Assembly: GCA_964604825.1 (NCBI GenBank) | Contig: CAZSAL010000015.1 | Coordinates: 18,291 to 42,290, forward strand | Direction: 5' to 3' | Source: an uncultured Elusimicrobia bacterium | Lineage (GTDB): Bacteria; Elusimicrobiota; Elusimicrobia; 2-01-FULL-59-12 | Length of the DNA stretch: 24,000 nt | In this document: one piece after another, positions 1 through 8,027 of the stretch | How the letters are laid out: every line of letters starts with the position of its first letter | How positions within the stretch are numbered: position 1 is the stretch's first letter | Translations under genes and position numbers: made by a program | Notes under the pieces: model-generated | Told to the model about the DNA's origin: nothing | The model's input: the letters and a program-made list of their open reading frames with translations, nothing else | Database searches by the model: none

Positions 1-169
1 TCATCCCGATTTTTCCGGGATCCATTCCCAGGCCTAGATTGAGAACGATTACCATGCAGCCCAGCGCCGCAGCCAGCATGTTATTGGCAAGAGACCCCAG
101 ACCGTAAATTATTTTCTGAAATGTAGGAATGCGATCCTGCGGAAGAATGGCTGTCTGCTGTGAGCTCAT
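1..169 (-). CDS. MFS/GPH-type sugar:cation symporter, N-terminal fragment (gene runs off the left edge)
   Basis: ATG at 169-167; absent from the ORF track because under 60 aa lie in the window. Hand translation: MSSQQTAILPQDRIPTFQKIIYGLGSLANNMLAAALGCMVIVLNLGLGMDPGKIGM. The YGxGxxxxN motif followed by a hydrophobic TM segment is typical of glycoside-pentoside-hexuronide transporters. It is divergent from a glycoside hydrolase. Confidence 0.5.
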   Translation of the reverse strand, partial: MSSQQTAILPQDRIPTFQKIIYGLGSLANNMLAAALGCMVIVLNLGLGMDPGKIGM

Positions 170-299
170 GCGGGTCCCTTTCCTTCTGACAATTAGCAAA
201 AATCAAACCCGCCCGACACTGATCAGGCGAGTCTGACTCCCTGAAAAACTTGTCCGCATCAAATCATAATGGCTGTTATTTTGTCAACAAACCTGAAAT

Positions 300-2342
300 A
301 TGCTGAAATATATATCCTTGATGAAAAGTTGTTCAATCCTATTCGATCCCCGTCGTATTCTGCGTACGGTTTCCCTGATGGCCATGGTCGTCTGGACGCC
401 CGTATTTCTGCTGGCTGGTAAAAAACCGGACAAATGGCACGCGGTCAATCGCGACGAATGCGTACCCAGCAGCGATACTCTTACCCTTTTTGCGCCTGGC
501 ATAAAAGGTCCCATTCCTTACGATAAGTTCGGGAGCTTTGATGAAGTCGGAACCCCCCGCTTCCATTACCTTATTAAAGACCGTCCCGGTCTGGTGCGCG
601 CGGCAGGGGAAGGCATTTATCCCAACGCTGATGTGTTCAAGGATCCCCGGTACCTCGCCTTAAGAAAGGAAGGTAAGCTCCGCGGCAGTCAATGGATGTT
701 CACCGATACTCCGGGCGCGGCGCTTAATTTTTACCGCTGGGCCACTGCCGCCGAAGATCCCGGTATTAAACAGTTTTATTCCGCGGTCATGTTTGAACGG
801 CTGGGGATGATCGAAGAGGCGGTCAAAGGCTTTTACGCCGTTGCCGTCCATTTTCCGAAGACGGTTTCCTATACATATTTCAACACGCCGTGGTATGTGT
901 CCTGCGCCGCTCTTGACCGCATGGAACAGCTTCTCCGCCGTCATCCAAAAATCAAAATGCACTGGATACCGGGAAGCATCAACGTGGAAGGCAAATACTC
1001 CAACCGGCCTAACGGCAGGTTCATTTCCATTGATCCCGGACAGTTGTTAAAGGGGCGGGCGCGCAAGAATGCCGATACCGTTGATCTTTCCAGGGTCGCG
1101 GTTGTGAAGACTGTTGGCGGGCCGAAGGTGCAGCTGAAAAAATACGCCAACGGGCACTGGCAGCTTTTTGTAGACGGTAAGCCGTTTACCGTCAAGGCCA
1201 TCGACTATTCGCTGACTCCAATCGGTCTGAGCCCCGACCGCGGCACCTGGAATGTGTCCCGTGACTGGCAGCTTGTGGACACGAACAAAAATGGACTGCA
1301 TGACGGGTTTTTCGAATCTTATATTGACCGCAAGGGCACAGGTGTAAGAGAACCTGATGAGCCTGTAATTGGAGACGCCAGACTGATGAAGGATATGGGT
1401 GTAAATACTCTCCGCGCTTATCATCATCTTTATAACAAGGAGTTGTTCCGCCGTCTCTACAAGGAATATGGTTTTTATGTTCTCGCCGGAGACATCCTGG
1501 GCGGCTACGCCGTCGACAGCGGGGCAAAGTGGGACGACGGCACCGACTACCGCAACCCGGAACAACAGCAGAAAATGCTTGATTCCCTGCGCGCGATGGT
1601 CGAGTCATATAAGGACGAGCCTTACATCCTGATGTGGGTGCTGGGTAACGAAAACGTTTACGGCGTCGGCAATAATTCCGGGAAGGAACCGGAAGTTTTC
1701 TACGCGTTTGTGGACCGGGCGGCGCAGATGATTCATCAAATCGATCCTTCGCGGCCCGTCGTGCTCGCCAACGGCGATCTGCAGTACCTCGATATCATCA
1801 AGGCAAAATGTCCGAACATCGATGTGATGGGCGCGAACGTTTATCGCGGGGAACAGGGATTCGGGCGGCACTTCTTCCTCGACGTGCGCAATGCGATGGA
1901 TAGGCCCGTGCTTATTACGGAATTTGGAGCGCCCGCATGGGCGGAAGGATACTCGACTGAGGAGGCGGAAGCCTATCAGGCAATGTATCTGGCGAACAAC
2001 TGGGAAGACATCACCGCGCATATGGCCGGGCGCGGCGTAGGAAACGCTCTGGGTGGAGTTCTTTTTGAATTTATCGATGAATGGTGGAAGGCCAACAGCG
2101 ATCTTCCCCTGAAAGTGCAGCAGGAAAGAGCCGAGTGGTATGCCCCCAGATCGGCAATTTATAAGAATCTGCAGCCGGACACGCACGAGACGGTACCGCA
2201 ATTCGGCGGCCCTTATCTGGACGGCTGGAGTTATGAGGAATGGTTTGGTGTTGTCAGCCAGGGATCCGGCAAAGGCAGTCCCTTCGCCCGGACTCTGCGC
2301 CCCGCCTACTTCCGGATGAAAGAAATCTGGAACCACGAGTAA
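300..2342 (+). CDS. Clan GH-A (beta/alpha)8 glycoside hydrolase (GH2/GH5-like TIM barrel) with an unassigned N-terminal region
   Basis: 680-aa ORF. The C-terminal half has an acid/base NE in WVLGNENVYG and a nucleophile Glu in PVLITEFGAPAW (beta-glucuronidase-like spacing), preceded by FVDGKPFTVKAIDYS. The hydrophobic stretch MAMVVWTPVFLLAG looks like a signal peptide or anchor. The start is ambiguous (ATG at 300, 321 or 378; none has a clear SD). Confidence 0.7.
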   Translation: MLKYISLMKSCSILFDPRRILRTVSLMAMVVWTPVFLLAGKKPDKWHAVNRDECVPSSDTLTLFAPGIKGPIPYDKFGSFDEVGTPRFHYLIKDRPGLVRAAGEGIYPNADVFKDPRYLALRKEGKLRGSQWMFTDTPGAALNFYRWATAAEDPGIKQFYSAVMFERLGMIEEAVKGFYAVAVHFPKTVSYTYFNTPWYVSCAALDRMEQLLRRHPKIKMHWIPGSINVEGKYSNRPNGRFISIDPGQLLKGRARKNADTVDLSRVAVVKTVGGPKVQLKKYANGHWQLFVDGKPFTVKAIDYSLTPIGLSPDRGTWNVSRDWQLVDTNKNGLHDGFFESYIDRKGTGVREPDEPVIGDARLMKDMGVNTLRAYHHLYNKELFRRLYKEYGFYVLAGDILGGYAVDSGAKWDDGTDYRNPEQQQKMLDSLRAMVESYKDEPYILMWVLGNENVYGVGNNSGKEPEVFYAFVDRAAQMIHQIDPSRPVVLANGDLQYLDIIKAKCPNIDVMGANVYRGEQGFGRHFFLDVRNAMDRPVLITEFGAPAWAEGYSTEEAEAYQAMYLANNWEDITAHMAGRGVGNALGGVLFEFIDEWWKANSDLPLKVQQERAEWYAPRSAIYKNLQPDTHETVPQFGGPYLDGWSYEEWFGVVSQGSGKGSPFARTLRPAYFRMKEIWNHE

Positions 2343-2369
2343 CCAAACAACAGTTCAAGGCTCAATAGT

Positions 2370-3905
2370 TCAAGGTTGCTGGCGCAGTTTTTTGCGGACG
2401 AAAGCCAGCGCTTCCGATATTGAATGGATGCGGCTCTCGGACTGGGCATCCTGCACCGCTTCCAACAGACGGCCTATGAGAGGGCCCGGCTTCAGCCGGA
2501 GTTTTTTCATCAGGATGTGACCGTCGATTATCTTTGGCGGCAGCACTTTTTCCCGGCGCAGGTAATAGCTCTCCAGCAGCCTGCGGCAGGCGATTTCTAC
2601 AGGATCAACGCCTTTTCCCCTTTTCGCTTTCGCCAGGTAGGTGTAGTGATCGGCAAGCGATATCAGGAGCATCCCGGCGGTATCTCCTCCGAGATCGCGC
2701 AGATAATGTGCGATTGCCTTGTCCGTGAGTCTGGGTGCGGCGGCGAGATTTCCGAGCCGCATATGGTTCTGAACCCACAAACCGACCAGCGCCGATTCCT
2801 GCCGGCTGAAGCGCAGTTGCGCGGTCATTTTGCGCGCGAGGCCGGCGCCGACATGTTCATGACCGAAAAAACGAAGCCGCCGGTGAATTACTTCCGCCGC
2901 CGCCGGTTTTCCCACATCGTGCAGCAGCGCGCCGAGCTTTAAGATTGCCGGACGGGGAAAGCCGCCTACCGGCATTGAGAGATAACCGCGCACGCTTTCC
3001 TGAACGGTTTTATCGCTTACGAAGTCAAGGCGCGGGTTTTCGTGAGTGTCTGCAATCCGTTCTATAAGCCATTCAAGATTTTCTACCGTCTGCAGCACAT
3101 GCTTTACCACGCCGCCGCGTCCATAGTAGGTCAGCCCAACCCGCCGCGCGGCTTCAAGCTCAGGGAAAATCCGCGTCAGCAACCCGCAGGAATCCATTTC
3201 AAGCAGCGCTTTTCCGGCACGAGGCTGGCTGAGCAATCGAAGCATTTCTTCCCGCACTCGTTCCCGTGCCACGCGCGAAATTTCTGATCCCTGACGCGCG
3301 ATTATCCGGCGCGTGCGCGCTTCAATCGTCCAGTTAAATTGAGCGGCAAAACGAAATGCCCTCACAAGGCGAAGCGGATCCGACTTAAAGCAGCCGGGAG
3401 TTACGGCGCGGATCATCCCCTTTTTAATGTCGCGCTGCCCGTGGAAAGGGTCAAAGATTTTGTCTTTCATGCCCTCCCCCCTTGTGGGGGAGGGCGAGGG
3501 TGGGGGGATGGCTGTGGCGGTTGTCACCCCCATCCCAGCCTTCCCCCATCTAGGGGGAAGGGGTTCTTGAGGTAAATCAGTGAGGCGCAGGGCCATGGCG
3601 TTAACGGTAAAATCCCGCCGGGAAAGATCGTTTTCGATGGTCTTCCCCTGGAGTTCCGCGAAATCCAGTTTGATATTCCCTGTAAGAACGCGATAGATGC
3701 GGTTTTCTTCGTCGAGAATTATCAGGCGGCCGCGCAGGGCTCGTGAGACTGCGCGGGCTAATTTTTCGGCGTGCCGTGAAACAAAATCCCAGTCTTCGCA
3801 ATTCCGGTTCAGCAGCATGTCTCGCACCGGCCCGCCCACAATATAGAGCGGCATGCCGAAACGCCGGCCTTTATCCAGAAGGATGTTTTTTATTCGCAGG
3901 TTCAT
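2370..3905 (-). CDS. cca: CCA-adding tRNA nucleotidyltransferase (class II) with C-terminal HD domain, carrying a 31-aa in-frame insertion
   Basis: 511-aa ORF. Head motifs GGPVRDMLL..EDWDF and RRDFTVNAMA; body motif DPLRLVRAFRFAAQF; HD motif ALLHDVGKP. The distance between NAMA and DPFHG is about 46 aa, where relatives I recall have roughly 10. Confidence 0.85.
   Translation of the reverse strand: MNLRIKNILLDKGRRFGMPLYIVGGPVRDMLLNRNCEDWDFVSRHAEKLARAVSRALRGRLIILDEENRIYRVLTGNIKLDFAELQGKTIENDLSRRDFTVNAMALRLTDLPQEPLPPRWGKAGMGVTTATAIPPPSPSPTRGEGMKDKIFDPFHGQRDIKKGMIRAVTPGCFKSDPLRLVRAFRFAAQFNWTIEARTRRIIARQGSEISRVARERVREEMLRLLSQPRAGKALLEMDSCGLLTRIFPELEAARRVGLTYYGRGGVVKHVLQTVENLEWLIERIADTHENPRLDFVSDKTVQESVRGYLSMPVGGFPRPAILKLGALLHDVGKPAAAEVIHRRLRFFGHEHVGAGLARKMTAQLRFSRQESALVGLWVQNHMRLGNLAAAPRLTDKAIAHYLRDLGGDTAGMLLISLADHYTYLAKAKRGKGVDPVEIACRRLLESYYLRREKVLPPKIIDGHILMKKLRLKPGPLIGRLLEAVQDAQSESRIHSISEALAFVRKKLRQQP
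3471..3563. repeat. 93-nt G/C-rich palindromic element (three stem-loops) inside the cca reading frame
   Basis: Hairpin 1: GCCCTCCCCC (3471-3480) / loop cttgt / GGGGGAGGGC (3486-3495), 10 bp perfect. Hairpin 3: CCTTCCCCC (3539-3547) / loop atcta / GGGGGAAGG (3553-3561), 9 bp perfect. Central imperfect pairing: GGGATGG (3505-3511) with CCATCCC (3530-3536). The length is exactly 31 codons, translated on the minus strand as PLPPRWGKAGMGVTTATAIPPPSPSPTRGEG. Confidence 0.75.
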
Positions 3906-3931
3906 ATTAATTTTCGTCTGTGGAGCGTATT

Positions 3932-5461
3932 CTACCGCAGTTCGCTGCGAAGCGCACGCTTCAGGACTTTGCCTATGGCGTTTTTGGGAAGTTCTTTTCG
4001 GATTTCCAGATCACGCGGGCATTTGTAGGACGCGAGCCTGCCGCGGCAAAGCTTCAACAGTACGGCCTTGTCAACGTTATGTCCTTCCTTAAGTGTGACG
4101 AAGGCTCTTATCAGTTCGTCTCCGGTCTCGTCCGGGATGCCGATCACGGCGGCGTCCGCCACAGCCGGATGGGTAAGAAGAACGTCTTCAACCTCACGGG
4201 GATAAACGTTCAGGCCTTTGACGATAATCAGGTCCTTCTTGCGGTCGGAAATATACACATAGCCCTCGGCATCCATGTAGCCCAGATCGCCGGTGCGCAG
4301 CCAGTGTCGGGAGCTGTCAAGGAACGCTTCGCGGTTAGCCTCTTCCTGGTGATAGTATCCCTTCATGACGTTTTCGCCCCGCACGCATAGTTCGCCCACT
4401 TCTCCGGCGGACACTTCCTTGTCATCCGTGCCGACGATTTTCAGGCCGATTCCGGGAAGCGCCCGGCCGATCGATCCTGTGATGCGTTTTTCCTGCGGAT
4501 TGAGCGTCACAACGGGACTGGCCTCGGTCAAGCCGTATCCCTCCATCAGCGGGATGCCGAATTTCTTTTCAAATTTATGGTGCACCGCGGGCGGCAGCGC
4601 CGCGGCCCCGGAGATACAGAAGCGTATGGGATTGATTAATCTGAGCGGCCACCAGAACGGCACGCGGAGCAGCGCCGAGTAGATCGGCGGGACGGCCACG
4701 AAGATCGATACCCGCCGCCGCAGCACGTTTTTGATAACGTTATCAAAAGGCTGGATCGACTCGATGATCACCGTGCTGCCTCCGAGAAAGAGCGGCAGCA
4801 CCACGCAGACGGTCCAGGAGAATGAATGAAACATCGGCAGCAGGCAAAGGAAAATATCACGACGGCTCAGTTTCACCATGCCGCAGCATTGCTCGGCGTT
4901 GGCGATAAGGTTACGGTGGGTTAAAGGCGTGCCTTTGGGACTGCCGGTTGTGCCCGAGGTGTATATGAGCATGGCGATCGCATGAGAATCTGTGGCGCGG
5001 GGCAAATCTGGAACGCGCTCGGCCGTGTCCATGAGATGGCGGTAGGAGAGCGCCTGATGAACATGGCGATCATCGCCGGAAACAATTACATCGCGGAGTT
5101 TTGGCAGCTTCTTGCGCGCTTCCAGAACGGCGGCCAGAAACGGAGGCTGCGTGATCACGCCGACAACGCCTGCATCCCCGAAAATAAAAGAAATTTCGTC
5201 CGCCTTGCATTGAAAATTTACCGGAACGGCCCTGGCGCCAAGGCGGGCAAGCGCGAAGAATGTCACTACGAATTCTACGGAATTGCGCATGACTATCCCG
5301 AAATTGTCGCCGCTTTTAACGCCGCGGTCGCGCAGCGCCGAAGCCCAGCGTTCGATGCGGTCCTGCAGGTCCAGGTAAGTGACAATTTCTTTCTTCAAGA
5401 TCAGCGCGGGAGCCCTTGGACGGGATTTCGCCTGGCGTTCGATAAGTTCGTGCAGAGTCAT
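3932..5461 (-). CDS. AMP-dependent acyl-CoA synthetase/ligase (long-chain fatty-acid-CoA ligase-like)
   Basis: 509-aa ORF. Adenylate-forming motifs IYTSGTTGSPKGTPLTH, GYGLTE, and TGDLGYMDAEGYVYISDRKKDLIIVKGLNVYPREVE. Its start overlaps the upstream ATPase stop as ATGA (5458-5461). Confidence 0.85.
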   Translation of the reverse strand: MTLHELIERQAKSRPRAPALILKKEIVTYLDLQDRIERWASALRDRGVKSGDNFGIVMRNSVEFVVTFFALARLGARAVPVNFQCKADEISFIFGDAGVVGVITQPPFLAAVLEARKKLPKLRDVIVSGDDRHVHQALSYRHLMDTAERVPDLPRATDSHAIAMLIYTSGTTGSPKGTPLTHRNLIANAEQCCGMVKLSRRDIFLCLLPMFHSFSWTVCVVLPLFLGGSTVIIESIQPFDNVIKNVLRRRVSIFVAVPPIYSALLRVPFWWPLRLINPIRFCISGAAALPPAVHHKFEKKFGIPLMEGYGLTEASPVVTLNPQEKRITGSIGRALPGIGLKIVGTDDKEVSAGEVGELCVRGENVMKGYYHQEEANREAFLDSSRHWLRTGDLGYMDAEGYVYISDRKKDLIIVKGLNVYPREVEDVLLTHPAVADAAVIGIPDETGDELIRAFVTLKEGHNVDKAVLLKLCRGRLASYKCPRDLEIRKELPKNAIGKVLKRALRSELR

Positions 5462-6216
5462 GGCAGTTTGGGTACCGCTCTTAACAGCGCCTGCGTGTAC
5501 GTGTGTTTTGGTTCGGAAAGGATTTCCCGGGCCGAGCCTTCTTCAACAAGACAGCCGTTTTCAATAACTGCGACACGGTCAGCAAATTCTTCAGCCACGG
5601 CAAGATCATGCGTGATGAACAAAATCGTCAAATTATAATCGCTCTTGAGCTTTTTAAACAAACGCAGGATGTGCGATTGGATCGTAACATCAAGGGCGGA
5701 TAAAGGTTCATCCGCAATCAGAAGCTCCGGTTGCGGAGCGAGGGCGCGGGCGATGGCTATGCGCTGTCTCTGTCCGCCGGAAAACTGGAAAGGATAATGC
5801 CCGGCGGCTTCAGCTTCGAGACCGACCGTCTGTAAAAGTGCGGCTGCGGAAGAAGAGGAATGGAGCACCTCGCCCAGTTGCGTGCCTACGGAAAGTTTGG
5901 GATTGAGAGAAGCGAACGGGTCCTGAAAGATCATCTGGACGCGTTTTGCGCGTTCCCGGCGACTGTATCTTTCCAGAGACATTCCTTCCCAGATCAGATC
6001 GCCGGAATCTGCGGTAATCAGCCCGGCAAGGATCCTGGCAAAGGTTGATTTCCCGCATCCCGATCCGCCTACCAGGGCAAGAGTTTCGCCCTTCTGTATC
6101 GAGATGGAAACATCCTTTAAAGCCTGAACCGTTCCGATCCTGCGGCGGAATATTCCGCCTTCAATCGGGAAAGTTTTGCAGATATTTCTGGCTTCAAGCA
6201 GGACCATGGGTGACAT
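5458..6216 (-). CDS. Peptide/nickel-type ABC transporter ATP-binding protein (OppF/DppF-like)
   Basis: 252-aa ORF. Walker A GGSGCGKST, signature FSGGQRQRIAIARAL, Walker B LLIADEPLSALD. Confidence 0.9.
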   Translation of the reverse strand: MSPMVLLEARNICKTFPIEGGIFRRRIGTVQALKDVSISIQKGETLALVGGSGCGKSTFARILAGLITADSGDLIWEGMSLERYSRRERAKRVQMIFQDPFASLNPKLSVGTQLGEVLHSSSSAAALLQTVGLEAEAAGHYPFQFSGGQRQRIAIARALAPQPELLIADEPLSALDVTIQSHILRLFKKLKSDYNLTILFITHDLAVAEEFADRVAVIENGCLVEEGSAREILSEPKHTYTQALLRAVPKLP

Positions 6217-6219
6217 ATA

Positions 6220-7020
6220 TTATCGGATTCCTCGCGTCATTGCAGGAAGCGCCTCTATTAATTCTTTTGTATATGAATCCCGGGGTTGACGGAAAAGCGT
6301 CTGCGTTTCCCCTTCTTCCACAAGCCGTCCCTCTTTCATAACGGCGATTCGCTGTGTGTAGTTCGCGACAAGCCCCAGGTTATGCGAGATAAAAAGCATG
6401 GCCATTCCCAGTTCGCGCTGAAGCCGGAACAGGAGATCCAGAATATCCTTCTGGACCAGGACGTCAAGTGCTGTGGTAGGTTCGTCGGCCAGAAGCAGTT
6501 TCGGCCGCGTCAGCAGAGACATGGCAATCAATACGCGCTGTCTCTGCCCGCCGGAAAGCAGATGCGGATATGCTTCCAGCACGCGTTCCGGATCAAGCTG
6601 TACCTGACGGAGGGAATTAACGAGGGGGTCAGACCCAACATCAGCGGCAACAGGGGGTCTGATCCCGTGGGCTTCCAATACTTCCGCCATCTGGTCCCGC
6701 ACGCGCATGACTGGATTCAGCGCAGTGAAGGGATCCTGAAAGATCATGCTGATATCCCTGCCGCGGATCTGCCGCATCGCGGAATCCTTCAGACAAAGCA
6801 GGTTGGATTCCCCAAAAATAATTTTCCCGCAGGTTATGCGGCCTTCATTCGGGGCAATCAGGCGGAGAATTGCCAGGGCCAGGGTGCTTTTACCGCTGCC
6901 TGATTCGCCTACGAGACCGAGCGTTTCCCCCGGGGCCAGGGTAAGCGAAACATCCCTGACCGCAGGAATCGTTTTCCCGCGGCGATAGTATTCAACGGAA
7001 AGATGCTCGATGTTCAACAT
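6220..7020 (-). CDS. Peptide/nickel-type ABC transporter ATP-binding protein (OppD/DppD-like)
   Basis: 266-aa ORF. Walker A GESGSGKST, signature LSGGQRQRVLIAMSL, Walker B LLLADEPTTALD. There is a 3-nt gap to each neighbouring gene. Confidence 0.9.
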   Translation of the reverse strand: MLNIEHLSVEYYRRGKTIPAVRDVSLTLAPGETLGLVGESGSGKSTLALAILRLIAPNEGRITCGKIIFGESNLLCLKDSAMRQIRGRDISMIFQDPFTALNPVMRVRDQMAEVLEAHGIRPPVAADVGSDPLVNSLRQVQLDPERVLEAYPHLLSGGQRQRVLIAMSLLTRPKLLLADEPTTALDVLVQKDILDLLFRLQRELGMAMLFISHNLGLVANYTQRIAVMKEGRLVEEGETQTLFRQPRDSYTKELIEALPAMTRGIR

Positions 7021-7023
7021 GAC

Positions 7024-7851
7024 TCAGCTTCTTGGGTCCAAAACATCTCTCAGCCCTTCGCCCAGCAGATTAAAAGACAGTACGGTAATAAGAATGGCGC
7101 AGGCGGGGAACAGCGAGAGCCACCAGGCAATGTGCAGATAATCCCGGCCAATGGAAAGGATGTTCCCCCACGACGGCATCGGCGGCTGCACGCCCAGTCC
7201 CAGGAAGGACAAGGCTGATTCCGTGAGGACCGCGCCGCCTACGCCAAGGGTGGCGCTGACAAGAACCGGCGCTATAACGTTAGGGAAAATATGAACCCAC
7301 AGGATCCGGAAATTGGAAATCCCCGCCAGACGCGCGGCCTGAATATAATCCCGTTCCCGGACGGACAGGCATTCCCCCCGCACCAGCCGCGCCAGTCCGG
7401 GCCATGCGGTAAGACCGATAATCGCCATGACGTTGTAGATGTTTGGTCCAAGAAACGCCAGTACCGCCAATATAAGGAAGAGCGTAGGAATTGAGAGCAT
7501 CACATCCACCAGGCGCATGATGATCGTGTCGATCCATTTTCCGAAGAACCCGGCGATCAGCCCCAGCGTTGTGCCGATAATCAATGAAATTCCCACGGCA
7601 ACGAATCCTACGGAAAGGGACACGCGCGTCCCAAAAATCAGACGGCTGAGCACATCGCGGCCAAGGTCGTCGGTCCCCAGCCAGTGGCGCGCGGAAGGCG
7701 GGGACAGGCGCTGGGTCAAGTTTTGGATGATGGGGTCATGCGGAGCGATTCTGGCGGCGAAGATAGCCAGGAACGCGAGGAAAATAATCACGGCCATGCC
7801 CGCGATGGCCAGCCGGTTCCTCCGGAAGCGTTCAAAGTAAAGGGTTATCAT
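7024..7851 (-). CDS. Peptide-type ABC transporter permease (OppC/DppC-like)
   Basis: 275-aa polytopic ORF. N-terminal FRRNRLAIAGMAVIIFL and an EAA-loop-like region YIQAARLAGISNFRILWVHIFPN are typical of the binding-protein-dependent permease family. Confidence 0.9.
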   Translation of the reverse strand: MITLYFERFRRNRLAIAGMAVIIFLAFLAIFAARIAPHDPIIQNLTQRLSPPSARHWLGTDDLGRDVLSRLIFGTRVSLSVGFVAVGISLIIGTTLGLIAGFFGKWIDTIIMRLVDVMLSIPTLFLILAVLAFLGPNIYNVMAIIGLTAWPGLARLVRGECLSVRERDYIQAARLAGISNFRILWVHIFPNVIAPVLVSATLGVGGAVLTESALSFLGLGVQPPMPSWGNILSIGRDYLHIAWWLSLFPACAILITVLSFNLLGEGLRDVLDPRS

Positions 7852-7894
7852 GAAAACAGCTCAATTAACATAGGGTCCAAACAAGACCTCACCA

Positions 7895-8027
7895 GGTGTA
7901 TCACTAGGTGTATCATAGTTGTATCAGTGTATCAGCAACTGATACACCTCGATAATTTATCGTCGATGTCGTAGGTGTATCAGTAGGTGTATCATAGGTG
8001 TATCAGTGTATCACCAGGTGATACACC
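7895..8027. repeat. Iteron-like array: two co-oriented 54-bp modules, each with four direct copies of (G)GTGTATCA plus one inverted copy, flanking a 13-bp palindrome
   Basis: Direct copies start at 7895, 7907, 7918, 7927 with an inverted TGATACACC at 7940-7948. Palindrome CGATAA-T-TTATCG lies at 7950-7962. Direct copies start at 7974, 7986, 7997, 8006 with an inverted copy at 8019-8027. The modules differ at 5 of 54 positions. Each ends in a 9-bp stem / 3-nt loop hairpin (7927-7947 and 8006-8026). Confidence 0.9.

Noticed and set aside
1605-2336. Long antisense or off-frame ORFs in the track (e.g. 1605-2336 -, 1047-1565 -, 2424-2942 +, 3920-4390 +, 4982-5638 +, 6286-6903 +, 9109-9783 +, 9820-10599 +, 11397-11924 +, 17377-18039 +, 19301-19972 +, 20651-21040 -, 22438-22860 +)
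   Set aside because: Each lies wholly inside a well-supported gene on the other strand or in another frame. They have Arg/Pro/Gly-rich, low-complexity translations typical of shadow ORFs in GC-rich DNA.
2343-2375. Direct repeat AGTTCAAGG x2 (2352-2360, 2367-2375) between the convergent hydrolase and cca genes, considered as a terminator or regulatory site
   Set aside because: There is no inverted symmetry or U-tract. The second copy overlaps the cca stop codon. Two 9-mers in a 27-nt gap may be chance.
3471-3563. cca insertion considered as an intein or intron
   Set aside because: At 31 aa / 93 nt it is far too short. It has no intein splice-junction residues (no Cys/Ser/Thr start and no His-Asn end) and no group I or II intron features. 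A palindromic-repeat origin fits better.
7684-7974. 96-aa plus-strand ORF running through the repeat array
   Set aside because: Its first two thirds are antisense to the permease gene. The remainder is just the repeat read as protein (TRCITRCIIVVSVYQQLIHL), and it has no RBS.
7895-8027. Repeat array considered as a CRISPR array
   Set aside because: The units are only 8-12 bp with 0-5 nt between copies. There are no 25-40 bp unique spacers and no cas genes in the window.
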